Positions 10,566 through 19,957 of a DNA stretch of 22,649 bases are shown here, one piece after another. Numbering within the stretch: position 1 is the stretch's first letter; every line of letters starts with the position of its first letter. The stretch comes from Paramoeba atlantica (taxonomy: Eukaryota; Protista; Discosea). The notes under the pieces were generated by a model. It saw nothing but the letters and a program-made list of their open reading frames with translations, ran no database searches and had not been told where the DNA came from. A program made the translations under genes and the position numbers. The DNA is taken from the NCBI GenBank assembly GCA_977017575.1, contig CDRNVI010000127.1, positions 1 through 22,649 on the forward strand, given 5' to 3'.

Positions 10566-11094
10566 GTAATTTATTATTATTATTATTAAAATTTATAATA
10601 AAATTTAATTTAAAAATTAAATTATTTACCAATATATCTTCATCACTATTTAATCCTAATAAAAAATTAAAATTTTTTAATTCTATTATATATTTATTTT
10701 CTTTTCTATAAATTAAACTACTTTCATTATTTTTATCTAATAAATTAAAAATAATATTATATAAATAATTTAAATTAGAATAAATATTATTTTTTCTTAA
10801 ACTTAATCCTAAAACTATATAATAAGATAAATTATTACGTCTTGATCTAACAGAAAAATTACGTAATGTCTCTTTTTGTATTTTTATAATAGAAACTCTT
10901 TGATTAAATAATTTTTTAAATAATTTATTTAAAATAAGATACCTTCTAACTATATTACCATCTGAAGAATATAATTTAACTTTTACATCAACTTTATCAA
11001 TTTTTGATAATTGATTAAAACTCATTATATTCAATTTACTAATGTTATCCTTTTGTATTATATTTAAATTACTTTTGAAATCTATACTTTTCAT
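10537..11094 (-). CDS. rpl5: Ribosomal protein L5 (divergent)
   Basis: KDNISKLNIMSFNQLSKIDKV resembles the L5 N-terminus and GLSLRKNNIY the LR motif; it sits between rpl14 and rps14 as in the spc operon. Confidence 0.8.
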   Translation of the reverse strand: MKSIDFKSNLNIIQKDNISKLNIMSFNQLSKIDKVDVKVKLYSSDGNIVRRYLILNKLFKKLFNQRVSIIKIQKETLRNFSVRSRRNNLSYYIVLGLSLRKNNIYSNLNYLYNIIFNLLDKNNESSLIYRKENKYIIELKNFNFLLGLNSDEDILVNNLIFKLNFIINFNNNNNKLHEKIFFKKL

Positions 11095-11098
11095 ATTT

Positions 11099-11455
11099 TT
11101 ATATTATACTTTGCATCAATAAGAAAACTTTACGGTTTATAAATCTTAAAAATTTTAAACTAATACCAAATAATTTTGTACCTAAAGGTAATTTTTTTTT
11201 ATTTATCAAAACAACAGCATTATCACTAAATTTATAATAATTTATATTTTTTTTTAAATTATATTTAGTTCTAATAATTAAAGCCTTATATAATTCTCCT
11301 TTTTTTATTCTTTTTTTAGGATTATTTGTTTTAACAGTTATTAATATTTCATCACCAATAGATCCATATTTTTTTCTTTTATAAATTCTTATACATTTTA
11401 CAATACGTGCACCAGAATTATCACTACAATTTAAATAACTACCTACTAAAATCAT
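11099..11455 (-). CDS. rpl14: Ribosomal protein L14
   Basis: Motifs LNCSDNSGARIVKCI, FSDNAVVLINKK and PLGTKLFG. Confidence 0.97.
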   Translation of the reverse strand: MILVGSYLNCSDNSGARIVKCIRIYKRKKYGSIGDEILITVKTNNPKKRIKKGELYKALIIRTKYNLKKNINYYKFSDNAVVLINKKKLPLGTKLFGISLKFLRFINRKVFLLMQSII

Positions 11456-11895
11456 TTTTCTTTATTATAAACTAATTTAAATTTAATATTTGATTTTAAT
11501 GAGGCTAATTTAACAATTCCTTTAATATATTCTAATAATTTTTTTTTATCATTATCATTTAATATAAATAATTTATTAGAAAAACCAAATTCAATAAATA
11601 TTTGACCTTTTGATATATTAAAATAATATTCATTTAATGCACCCTTACCTTTACCCATTCTAACACCTATAGGTTTTGATGTATTTTTAAAACTTGGATG
11701 AAAACGTATAAATAATTTAGTAAAAAATTTTAATCTTTTTTTTAAAAAAAATAATAAAGCCTTAAATTCATTATTATATAGTATACCACCTTCTAAAAAA
11801 TATATAGCAAATTGACCATTATATATTTTTTCTATCGAATTTTTAGTATTAGAATAATTTAATATTAAATGTTTTTTGACAAAAATTTTTTTCAT
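11446..11895 (-). CDS. rpl16: Ribosomal protein L16
   Basis: TSKPIGVRMGKGKG motif. With TGA=Trp it ends EKWF then TAG at 11446-11448, overlapping the rpl14 start. Confidence 0.95.
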
Positions 11896-11987
11896 TTCTA
11901 TTTATTTCTTAATAAATCAACTTTTTTTCTCTTTTCTTTCTTTTTATATTATAGAAGATAAATACACTTTTCTAACATAACTCATTT

Positions 11988-13136
11988 TTACACCACACAA
12001 ACACCATACCGCATAATTAAAATAAACTGATTATAACTTAAAGGAGAATTTATATTACTTGGTGAAATAGCACCAAATTGTTTAATAAACTTTTTATTTC
12101 TTAACTTTTTTTTATATCTCCCTGCATAACCTATTTTAAAACCTATAATACCTCTTTCATTTTTTAATTTATTATGTAATAAATAAGCATAATGCTCTAT
12201 TTTATAACCTACACGCAATCTTCATAAAATTAGCTTATATAAAGAATAAGTAGAATAATTTACTTCTTTTTTATCTATAAAATTAATTATAGGATTATTA
12301 ACTTTAAAAATTTTTTTTATAAAAAACGATAAAAAATTTTTTAATATAAAAATAAATTTTTTATCTAAAGTTAAATAATTAGTATTTTTAATATATTTTA
12401 ATCTATTTAATCAACGATTAGTTGGAATTCTTAATAAATTAAATCATTTATATTTAAAAATAAAATTGTTTAATCTTTTATTATTTTTATAAATATAAAT
12501 ATTTTTATATTTATAAAAATATTTAAAATTATTAAAATTATTTATTGATTTTTTTTTTCATATATTTTTAAATATTTTCTTTCTATAAAACCCTCTACAA
12601 GACTTATTATAAAATAAATAATATTTATTATTATGCATGTCTCAAAAAAAATAATTAAATCAAACATATTTTTTATTTTTATAAAAATTTTTTCTTTTAC
12701 TATAAAAAAATTTACGTAAAAAATTTAATATATATTTTTTTTTTTTTTTTTCTTTTAAAAAATTATATTTTTTTTTTCTTTTTGACTGTTTATACTTTAA
12801 AAAAGATTTAAATATATATTTTTTTGACTGATTATAATATTTTTTTAATTTATATTTTTTTGACTTAATATCATTAATTAAAAATTTATTATCATCATTT
12901 AATAAATTTAAATTTATTATCATCATTTTATATGTTTTAATTATATTTAACGGTAATATTTCTAAATTTAACTTGTTTCAATTAATTATAACTTTAATTC
13001 AATTATAAAATTTAATAATATTATAATCTTCTAAAAAAAATAATTTATAATTTTTTTTTGTAATATTATTTCAAGACGAAATTCAATATTTACTTTTTGA
13101 TAATCTATATGTTATTGGATTAACTAAATGTCCCAT
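11988..13136 (-). CDS. rps3: Ribosomal protein S3 with a long low-complexity insertion; 3' end probably extends to ~11898
   Basis: ATG at 13136 gives MGHLVNPITYRLSKSKYWISSW. The frame is open via TGA to GFKIGYAGRY and YGVCVV, then TAA at 11988-11990. The same frame resumes and ends at TAG 11898-11900, 2 nt before rpl16. Confidence 0.9.
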
Positions 13137-13138
13137 AA

Positions 13139-13417
13139 TTATTTTTTCTTTTTCTTTATACGTTTCTTTTTCTTTTTATCTTTTATTAATATATTTTTTG
13201 AAAAAAAAAAATAATTAATCATATAATTAACCATACTATCTATAATTTTAATTGGAATAAAATAACGACCATTATATACAGTTAATCTTTTATTAATCAT
13301 ATAATTTTTTATTTTAAAACCTTTTACTTTTAACTTTAATCAAATAAATTTATCTATTTTTGAAAAATTTAAAAAATAAATAATATTTTTAATATTTTTA
13401 ATATTATTTAAATTCAT
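13139..13417 (-). CDS. rps19: Ribosomal protein S19 (92 aa)
   Basis: IKNYMINKRLTVYNGRYFIPIKIIDSMVNY aligns by eye with the S19 core (I-P-MVG-T--V-NGK-H-PV-I-D-MVGH). It lies between rpl2 and rps3 and is absent from the track. Confidence 0.88.
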
Positions 13418-14146
13418 TTTTTTTTTTTTTCTTAGTTGTAGGTACAAATTTTAATACACGTCTTGTAAAATTTGGACAATCGACTCATGGAGAAGTTTTA
13501 CCTCTACCACCACCATTAGGGTGATCTACACAATTTTTTGCTACACCTCTAACTGTTGATTTTTTACCTAATCTTATATTAACACCCGCTTTACCTTTTT
13601 TTATTAAATTATGCCCTCTATTTGATACAATACCTATCATAGCTTTATTATATTTAAAAATTAATTTTTCTAAACCAGAAGGAAATCTTATTAAATAATA
13701 ATTTTCATTTATTTGTGATATTAATAAACAAAAAGAACCTGCAGATCTAGCTACTTTACTTCCTTTTTTTTTTTTAATTCCATACAAGATATAAAAGAAC
13801 CAAATTTTATATTTACTAAAGGATATGTAGAACCAACAATTTTATCTACTGAATTTAAAACCATACCTTCTTTCAAACCTTCGGCTGCTAAAATATAAGA
13901 TAAAAATCCATTTTTATAACATATTAAAGCTATATTTGCAGATCTATTAGGATCATACTCAATTCTTAATACCATTGCAGGTATATCAACGTAAGTTCTA
14001 AAAAAATCAATTAATCTATATTTCTTTTTAACTCTAGTTCCCTTTGATTTAACTGTTTTATGACCCATATTATTAACTCCTGCATAATTTTTTAAACCAA
14101 ATGTTAAATATTTTATTGTTTTTGACTGTTTTTTCCTTTTTAACAT
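13404..14146 (-). CDS. rpl2: Ribosomal protein L2; one-base frameshift in the T12 run at 13764-13775
   Basis: The 5' ORF has YRLIDF and IEYDPNRSANIALI; the 3' ORF has ARSAGS, VRGVAKNCVDHPNGGG. One more A gives ELKKKKGSKVARSAG. It ends at TAA 13404-13406 via TGA. Confidence 0.95.
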
Positions 14147-14149
14147 ATA

Positions 14150-14569
14150 TTATTTTTTTCTTTTAAATCTAATATTAGTATAATTTGCTTCTATTAATCT
14201 ATACATATCATTTTTTTTTTTTATAGATAAACCTTTATTATTATATACATCTATTAATTCATTTTGAATACGTTCTTGAAATTTTCGCTCAGTTCTAGAA
14301 TTAATAGATCTAACTATTAATTTAACAGAATATGGTATAGAATCTTTTGATTTTAAAATATGTGGTATTAATAATTTTTTACCTCCTACTTTTTTAATAT
14401 AACAAAACATTCTAATGAATATATTAGTTTCTATTTGTTTAAAAAAAGTATTTAAACAACCATATATTTTTTTTATATTAATAAAAATTTTCTCTAAACT
14501 TAATATAATTCGTTGTTTTTTTCCTTTTCTTATTAATAATTGTATTAAATATTTTATTCAATTATTCAT
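14150..14569 (-). CDS. rps7: Ribosomal protein S7 (139 aa)
   Basis: ATG at 14569 gives MNNWIKYLIQLLIRKGKK, in frame with track ORF 14150-14410 (ELIDVYNNKGLSIKKKNDMYRLIEAN). Confidence 0.9.
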
Positions 14570-14972
14570 CTTTTAAAATCTTTCCTTCCTTCTTTTTTTT
14601 TTTCAAACCATATTTAGAACGACTTTTATTTCGTTCTTCACGTTCTCAATTACTAAAATCATATTTTCCTTTTATCAATTTATAACGTACACCTGGAATA
14701 TCTCTAGCACGTCCTCCTCTAATCATAACAACTGAATATTTTTGTAAATTATGACCTTGACCTGGTATAACTGCTATTAATTTTTTACCTGTTGATAACC
14801 TTATTTTTGCTACTTTTCTTTTAGCGGAATTTGGTTTCTTTGGACTAACACTATTTCTAATTTCAATACAAACACCTCTTTTTTGTGGACAAGAATCTAA
14901 CAAAAGAACTTTTGTACGTCTTTTTTTTTTTACTCTGCCTTTATTTCTTATTAATTGATTTAACGAAGCCAT
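14562..14972 (-). CDS. rps12: Ribosomal protein S12 (136 aa)
   Basis: Motifs [31 protein letters not shown] and RSKYG; TAA at 14562-14564. Confidence 0.98.
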
Positions 14973-15340
14973 AATTTATATTTAAATATTATTAACGTAT
15001 TAATAATTTTTTTTTCATAATTGAATTTCATTAATTCATTAAATAAATAATACTTTTTATTTAAATTTAATAACAAACTATTATTTATTTGTTCTAAAGT
15101 TCCTTTACTATATAATTTATTTTTATATCATAAAAATAATAATTCATCATTATTTAAAAGATTAGTAAAATAATCTTTAAAATATTTCTTATTAATAATT
15201 AGAAAATATTTAATATTAACAAAAATTTTATATAATAAATTAATATTAGATAAATTCATTATGTTTAAATAAATTTGTTCAAAATTATTAAACGATTTAT
15301 ATTGATTTACATAAAAAAAAGCTATAATATTATTATTCAT
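14960..15340 (-). CDS. ORF126, candidate ribosomal protein L10
   Basis: Track ORF 15128-15340 continues through TGA to TAA 14960-14962, overlapping the rps12 start. It lies between rpl11 and rps12. Sequence resemblance to L10 is weak. Confidence 0.5.
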
Positions 15341-15346
15341 ATTTTT

Positions 15347-15801
15347 TTATATAATTTTATTAATTTGTAAATTTGATATAGAAAAAAAACTATTTTTAAA
15401 TCGCAATTTTATTCAATTTTGATTTAAATTATTATATAATTTAAATCAATAATAATTACGCAATATAACAATATCATATAGACTTCTTAATGTAATTGAA
15501 TTTTCCATAATATTTTTATTAGTTAAACTCATAATATTTCAAACCAATTTTAATAAAGTACTAAAAGAAGGTCCTTTTATTAAAAAAACAAATGATTTAT
15601 CAGTATATAAAAATAATCTAACATATATTAATAAATCTTCCGATCTATATATAAAAGTTTGTTTATTAAATTCATTACAAAATTCTTTGATTTTCTCTCT
15701 ATTCATATAAGGACTTAAATTAGGTCCTATATTTAAATTTTCAAAAGCGGCACCTCTAGAATTAATTCTTAAATTAAAAAATCGATTTAATTTTTTTGCA
15801 T
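15347..15801 (-). CDS. rpl11: Ribosomal protein L11; start ambiguous
   Basis: NLRINSRG..NIGPNLSP..KEFCNEFNKQT..VRLFLYTDKSFVFLIKGPSFSTLLK matches L11; TAA at 15347-15349. ATG 15801 is out of frame by one base (A7 run); the in-frame alternatives are ATA 15805 and ATT 15817. Absent from the track. Confidence 0.88.
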
Positions 15802-15834
15802 ATATATAATATTTAATATTATATTAATATTTGA

Positions 15835-17019
15835 TTAACGATCAACCTCCCCAAAAACTATATCTAAAGTACCTATAATAGTAACAACGTCGGCTATCAT
15901 ATGTCCTTTTGATAATGTATCTAATAATTGTAAATGATTAAACCCTGGTGCTTTTATCTTACATCTTACCGGTCTATTTAATCCTCCCGAAACTAAAAAA
16001 ACACCAAATTCCCCTTTAGGAGCTTCTATAGATCTATAAACATCATTAAAAGGTATATTAACACCTTCTGTAAATAATTTAAAATGATGTATTAAAGATT
16101 CCATAGAAAACTTCATTAATGATCTTGAAGGTATAGTTAATTTATTATTGTAATTTGAAATAGGACCTTCTTTTAAATTATTTAAAAGTTGTAAAATTAT
16201 TTTTAAACTCTCATGCATTTCTTTTAATCTAATTAAAAATCTATCAAAACAATCACCTTTATTTCCTATATAAGATTTAAAATCAACTTCATTATATAAT
16301 TCATAAGGTTCACTTTTTCTAATATCTCAAGGAATACCAGATCCTCTTAAAATAACTCCACTACAACCTCAAGTTTGTGCTTGATTATAATCTAATATAC
16401 CTACATCAACTAAACGTTGCTTTCATATTCTATTTCTATTTAATAATTCTTCCATTTCCATTAAAGAGTTAATAAAATTTTGTGTAAATTTATATAAATC
16501 ATCACAAAAAGACATAGGTATATCTTGACTAATACCTCCTGGTCTTATATATGCTGCATGCATTCTAGCACCTGATACCCTTTCGTAAAATTCCATTAAT
16601 TTTTCACGTTCTTCAAAAAGTCATAAAAAAGGTGTCATCGCTCCAACATCTAACGCATGTGTAGTTAACCCTAAAATATGATTTAATATTCTAGTTATTT
16701 CACCAAAAATCATACGTATCATCTTTGCTCTTATAGGTACATTAGTAGAACTTAAAGTTTCTACAGCTAATGAATAACAATGTTCTTGAGCCATCATAGA
16801 TACATAATCTAATCTATCAAAATAAGGTAAAGCTTGTATAAAAGTCTTATATTCTATTAATTTTTCAGTACCTCTATGTAATAATCCTATATGAGGATCA
16901 GCTCTTTCTATAATTTCACCATTTAATTCTAATATTAATCTTAAAACTCCATGAGCTGCTGGATGCTGTGGTCCAAAATTAATTGTAAAAGTTTTTATTT
17001 TTTTAAATATTTTATTCAC
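15835..17019 (-). CDS. nad7: NADH dehydrogenase subunit 7 (394 aa), GTG start, intact
   Basis: Motifs [50 protein letters not shown] and DIVFGEVDR; one frame via TGA. Confidence 0.99.
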
Positions 17020-17023
17020 GTTT

Positions 17024-17614
17024 TTAAAGTATATATTTTTTATTTAATAAAGGATTAGTAAAACTATATGATCTCATATTTTGCATTAATTCAATAGGCT
17101 CATAAATCAAATATTGTTTATCTTCATCATACCTTATTTCTAAATAACCATTTAAAGGAAAATCTTTACGAAACGGATAACCTTCAAAACCATAATCGGT
17201 TAATATACGTCTTAAATCTTTATGACCCATGAAAAAAATACCATACATATCTCAAACTTCACGTTCTAACCAATCGGCACCTAAATAAATATCAGTAATA
17301 GATCTTATAACATCTAATTTATCACAAGATACAGAAATAATTAATCTAGAATTATAATCTATACTTAATAAATTATAATCAATTTCAAAACGTTTAGCTC
17401 TATCAATAAAATCACTACAGCAAATATCAGTTATTACCTTATATCTTAAAAAAGTATGCTTATTAAAAATATTTAAAACAAAACCTAAATAATCTTTTGA
17501 TACTAATTTAATTTTAATAAATTCATCTGTTATTTTTATATGCGAAATATATTTAATTAGTAAATTTAATATATAATTTACAGCATAATTATTACTATTT
17601 TTTTTTAATAACAT
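17024..17614 (-). CDS. nad9: NADH dehydrogenase subunit 9 (196 aa)
   Basis: Motifs WLEREV-W(TGA)-[18 protein letters not shown] and PFRKDFPL. Confidence 0.98.
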
Positions 17615-17626
17615 ATTTTTTTTTAT

Positions 17627-17851
17627 TTATAATATATATAATTTATATTTTTTAATATTACTAATTTTATATTTTAAAAATAGATTAAAAGGTGAAGTAA
17701 CAAAATATAATTGATTTAATCGTATATTTTTATACCTATAATATAATAAAAAACTTTCCATATTTAAATATTGTTTTTTATTAAAATTTATAATTAATCC
17801 TTTAATATTACGTATATATACATTCTTATATAATCAATAAAAATACTTTAA
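17627..17851 (-). CDS. 3' end of an unidentified mitochondrial ORF, cut at the junction
   Basis: 74 sense codons (LKYFYWLYKNVYIRNIKG..KYKLYIL) run from the junction to TAA 17627-17629, 12 nt before nad9. There is no start codon at its 5' end. Confidence 0.6.
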
Positions 17852-17853
17852 TT

Positions 17854-18357
17854 ACCGTTCGCAAAGTTGTGATCGGTAACCTACCATTTTTGCTGTCGGA
17901 TACTGTTGGATTTATCCGTAAACTGCCCACCCAACTGGTGGAAAGTTTTAAGAGCACCTTGGACGAAGTTCGGGAAGCGGATTTGCTGTTGCACGTGGTG
18001 GATATAAGTCACCCCAACTTTGAGGAGCATATTGACTCCGTAAACCAAATCCTAGACGAAATCAAGAGCGCTGACAAAAAAACCATCATGGTCTTCAACA
18101 AGATTGATCAGTACGAAGCTGAAGTAATTGAAGAAGATGATTTGGTCACGGAAAAAACCAAAGCTCATTTTACCATCGAGGAATGGAAGAAAACCTGGTT
18201 TAGTAAAATTGGTGATCGAGCCCTTTTTATCTCTGCCTTGAACAAAGAGAACTTGGACGAGTTTAGAAAACGGGTGTACGATGAGGTAAGAGATATTCAT
18301 GTAACCCGTTTCCCTTACAATAATTTTTTATACCCTGAACATCTAGATCAATACTAG
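17854..18357 (+). CDS. hflX: GTPase HflX, C-terminal half (5'-truncated at the junction)
   Basis: TVRKVVIGNLPFLLSDTVGFIRKLP (G3 DxxG), NKID (G4), FISA (G5). G1 and G2 (ATLD) are missing because the frame begins at 17854. Confidence 0.95.
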   Translation, partial: TVRKVVIGNLPFLLSDTVGFIRKLPTQLVESFKSTLDEVREADLLLHVVDISHPNFEEHIDSVNQILDEIKSADKKTIMVFNKIDQYEAEVIEEDDLVTEKTKAHFTIEEWKKTWFSKIGDRALFISALNKENLDEFRKRVYDEVRDIHVTRFPYNNFLYPEHLDQY

Positions 18358-18580
18358 GAGGGTTTCGGACAAGCTGCGATCTTCTTCGATGAAGTGTAAG
18401 CCTTAACTTTTTCTACCACAACTTTTCTGTCGTTCACAACAAAAGTTTAGGCACAAACCACAGAAAAACTACTTTCATATTGTTTTTAAGTGTTAGTGTT
18501 ACAACCTAGTCTTCCATAAGCTTAACCTACTTAGACCTTGGTACACAAAAACACCCCAAATTTGTAAAATAACCCCATAG

Positions 18581-18606
18581 AAAAGCCCTCAATATTGAGG
18601 GCTTTT
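18581..18606. terminator. Bidirectional intrinsic terminator between the convergent hflX and DUF3078-type genes
   Basis: AAAAGCCCTCAAT-ATTGAGGGCTTTT is a perfect 26-bp inverted repeat with A/T tails on both sides. Confidence 0.85.
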
Positions 18607-18733
18607 TTGTGTCTTCAAAGTTTTTGCAGTTGTCAAATCGAGTGGTTTTTCAGAAGTTTCTCCAGAAAAATTTTATCGAGATTTGAAAACACTCGAACTG
18701 ATGTTGACTTACTTTATCAAATCCCCTTGTAAC

Positions 18734-19663
18734 CTAAAACGAATAACTCAAACCCAAAGTCCAATAGGTTTGCAACTCGTTGTCTATACTTTCAAAAGTG
18801 GCGGTTGGGTCCGGAGTGGGCGCATTGTTCACGATATAGTTCAGCGTTTCTTGCTTGTTGTTTCGCAGTCCAAAATCAAAACCTACCCCTATCACTTTCC
18901 ACAAGGTATAGGCAAAAGAATTCGTCCAGGTCCAGTTGCTTAAATCCCCACTTTCATAACTCTGGAAAAGGGAAAGGTTGCTTTTAAAATTGACAGCTCC
19001 CAATTGCTTGGTATAGTCCACTAGGATTTTTGCTCCCAAGGATGAGTTAAAAATGGTATCAGCATCACTGAACACAAAATTGTAATTGAGCGGATGAATC
19101 ACCACCACGAGGTCTGTGACGGGCGTCCAGGTTCCTCCAACACCCAAGTCTAAATATCCCGGATCATTAAAGTTGCTCAATAGTGTGGTCCGGTATTCTC
19201 CCATTCCAGAAACAGCAAATTTATCACTCAATTTTATTCCATAGAGTGATGAGATATTAAAGACATCCGTGGACTCCCTAAACCCATCATCATCGGTAGG
19301 GTCATCCTTGTCGTCCAACTTTACCCAGTTTAAATTGATAGTGGCCGCATTACGCCAAAAAAACTTTTCTTCTTGTTGGTTGGCAAAGGCATTCACAGTG
19401 AACCCTATAGTTCCCGAGCTGTTGTTCGGAATGCCTTGGGAAAACCAATTGTTAAAGCCTGAGAAGCTTCCTCCAATGGTTCCAAAAGCACCCACCTTCC
19501 AACCTGGTAAGGCATCCAATTGGGCTTGGAGGGCATTTACCCGTCCTTGGATGGCTGCAATGGAATCTTTTTTAGGGGCCATCTGGACCCTGAGTTCATC
19601 AGCGGTCTGTGCTTGAGTAAATGTTATGGCAAACAAAGCCAAAATGGCAAGGAATCTATTCAT
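18734..19663 (-). CDS. DUF3078-type putative outer-membrane beta-barrel protein (309 aa)
   Basis: Signal peptide MNRFLAILALFAITFTQA, a short coiled coil, then alternating beta-strands (WKVGAFGTIGGSFSGFNNW) and a terminal YSF. The family assignment is from memory of Flavobacteriaceae proteins. Confidence 0.7.
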   Translation of the reverse strand: MNRFLAILALFAITFTQAQTADELRVQMAPKKDSIAAIQGRVNALQAQLDALPGWKVGAFGTIGGSFSGFNNWFSQGIPNNSSGTIGFTVNAFANQQEEKFFWRNAATINLNWVKLDDKDDPTDDDGFRESTDVFNISSLYGIKLSDKFAVSGMGEYRTTLLSNFNDPGYLDLGVGGTWTPVTDLVVVIHPLNYNFVFSDADTIFNSSLGAKILVDYTKQLGAVNFKSNLSLFQSYESGDLSNWTWTNSFAYTLWKVIGVGFDFGLRNNKQETLNYIVNNAPTPDPTATFESIDNELQTYWTLGLSYSF

Positions 19664-19785
19664 GGTATGGAGTTTTATGCTTAGACCCGTAAAAGTAAAA
19701 AATGTCACATTTAAACTGTTTCATAAATTCCAAGATTTAAATACCACATTCAAAGAATCGAAGAATCTACCATTTATATTTCCCA

Positions 19786-19893
19786 TTTTCAACTTTTCAT
19801 TTTCAATTCCACATCCTACACCTTTAACCTTTTACCGCTCTACCATCCACCCAAAACACCCATCCGTCAACTCAAAACAGGCATGCGTCAATT
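19786..19893 (+). repeat. Upstream element copy 1 (108 bp), 64 nt before the lipoprotein 1 start
   Basis: Identical to 21632-21732 except a 7-nt insert (CCTTTAA) and one G/C change. Boxes CATCCGTCAA (19861) and CATGCGTCAA (19882). Confidence 0.95.
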
Positions 19894-19957
19894 GCCCTCC
19901 TATAAATCCTTCGTTTTCAAGTTTCTTGCGGGTTTTTAACCCAATAAAATTCAAAAG

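Larger units (their letters stand above)
1..17853 (-). other. Segment of a protist mitochondrial genome (translation table 4), probably Amoebozoa
   Basis: It carries nad/cob/atp genes and a bacterial-order ribosomal protein cluster, all on the minus strand, with 2-30 nt spacers or overlaps at most boundaries. Conserved Trp positions use TGA (cob PEW 3972-3974, nad5 GWEG 1226-1228, nad9 EREVW 17252-17254). GC is very low (5/60 at 17761-17820). The lineage is inferred from rpl11+nad7+nad9+rps19 together with TGA=Trp. Confidence 0.95.

Noticed and set aside
10505-10711. Plus-strand 68-aa ORF (MYYYYYIFF)
   Set aside because: It is antisense to rpl5/rps14, low-complexity, and the only plus-strand ORF in a single-stranded gene array.
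11949-11990. TAA reassigned to a sense codon (two in-frame TAAs at the rps3 end)
   Set aside because: TAA is the terminator of nearly every gene here and never occurs inside the intact genes.
1-17853. Pervasive myxomycete-type C-insertion editing
   Set aside because: cob, nad7, nad9, nad3 and a 3.5-kb ORF are uninterrupted, and the missing bases are mostly A/T in runs.
18355-18478. Small minus-strand ORF after hflX (MKVVFLWFV.. and ..VVNDRKVVVEKVKAY)
   Set aside because: The two short pieces are in different frames and I cannot recognise a homologue.
19664-19708. GTG start at 19708 for the DUF3078-type gene
   Set aside because: ATG 19663 directly begins a clean signal peptide; the extra 15 residues look like UTR.
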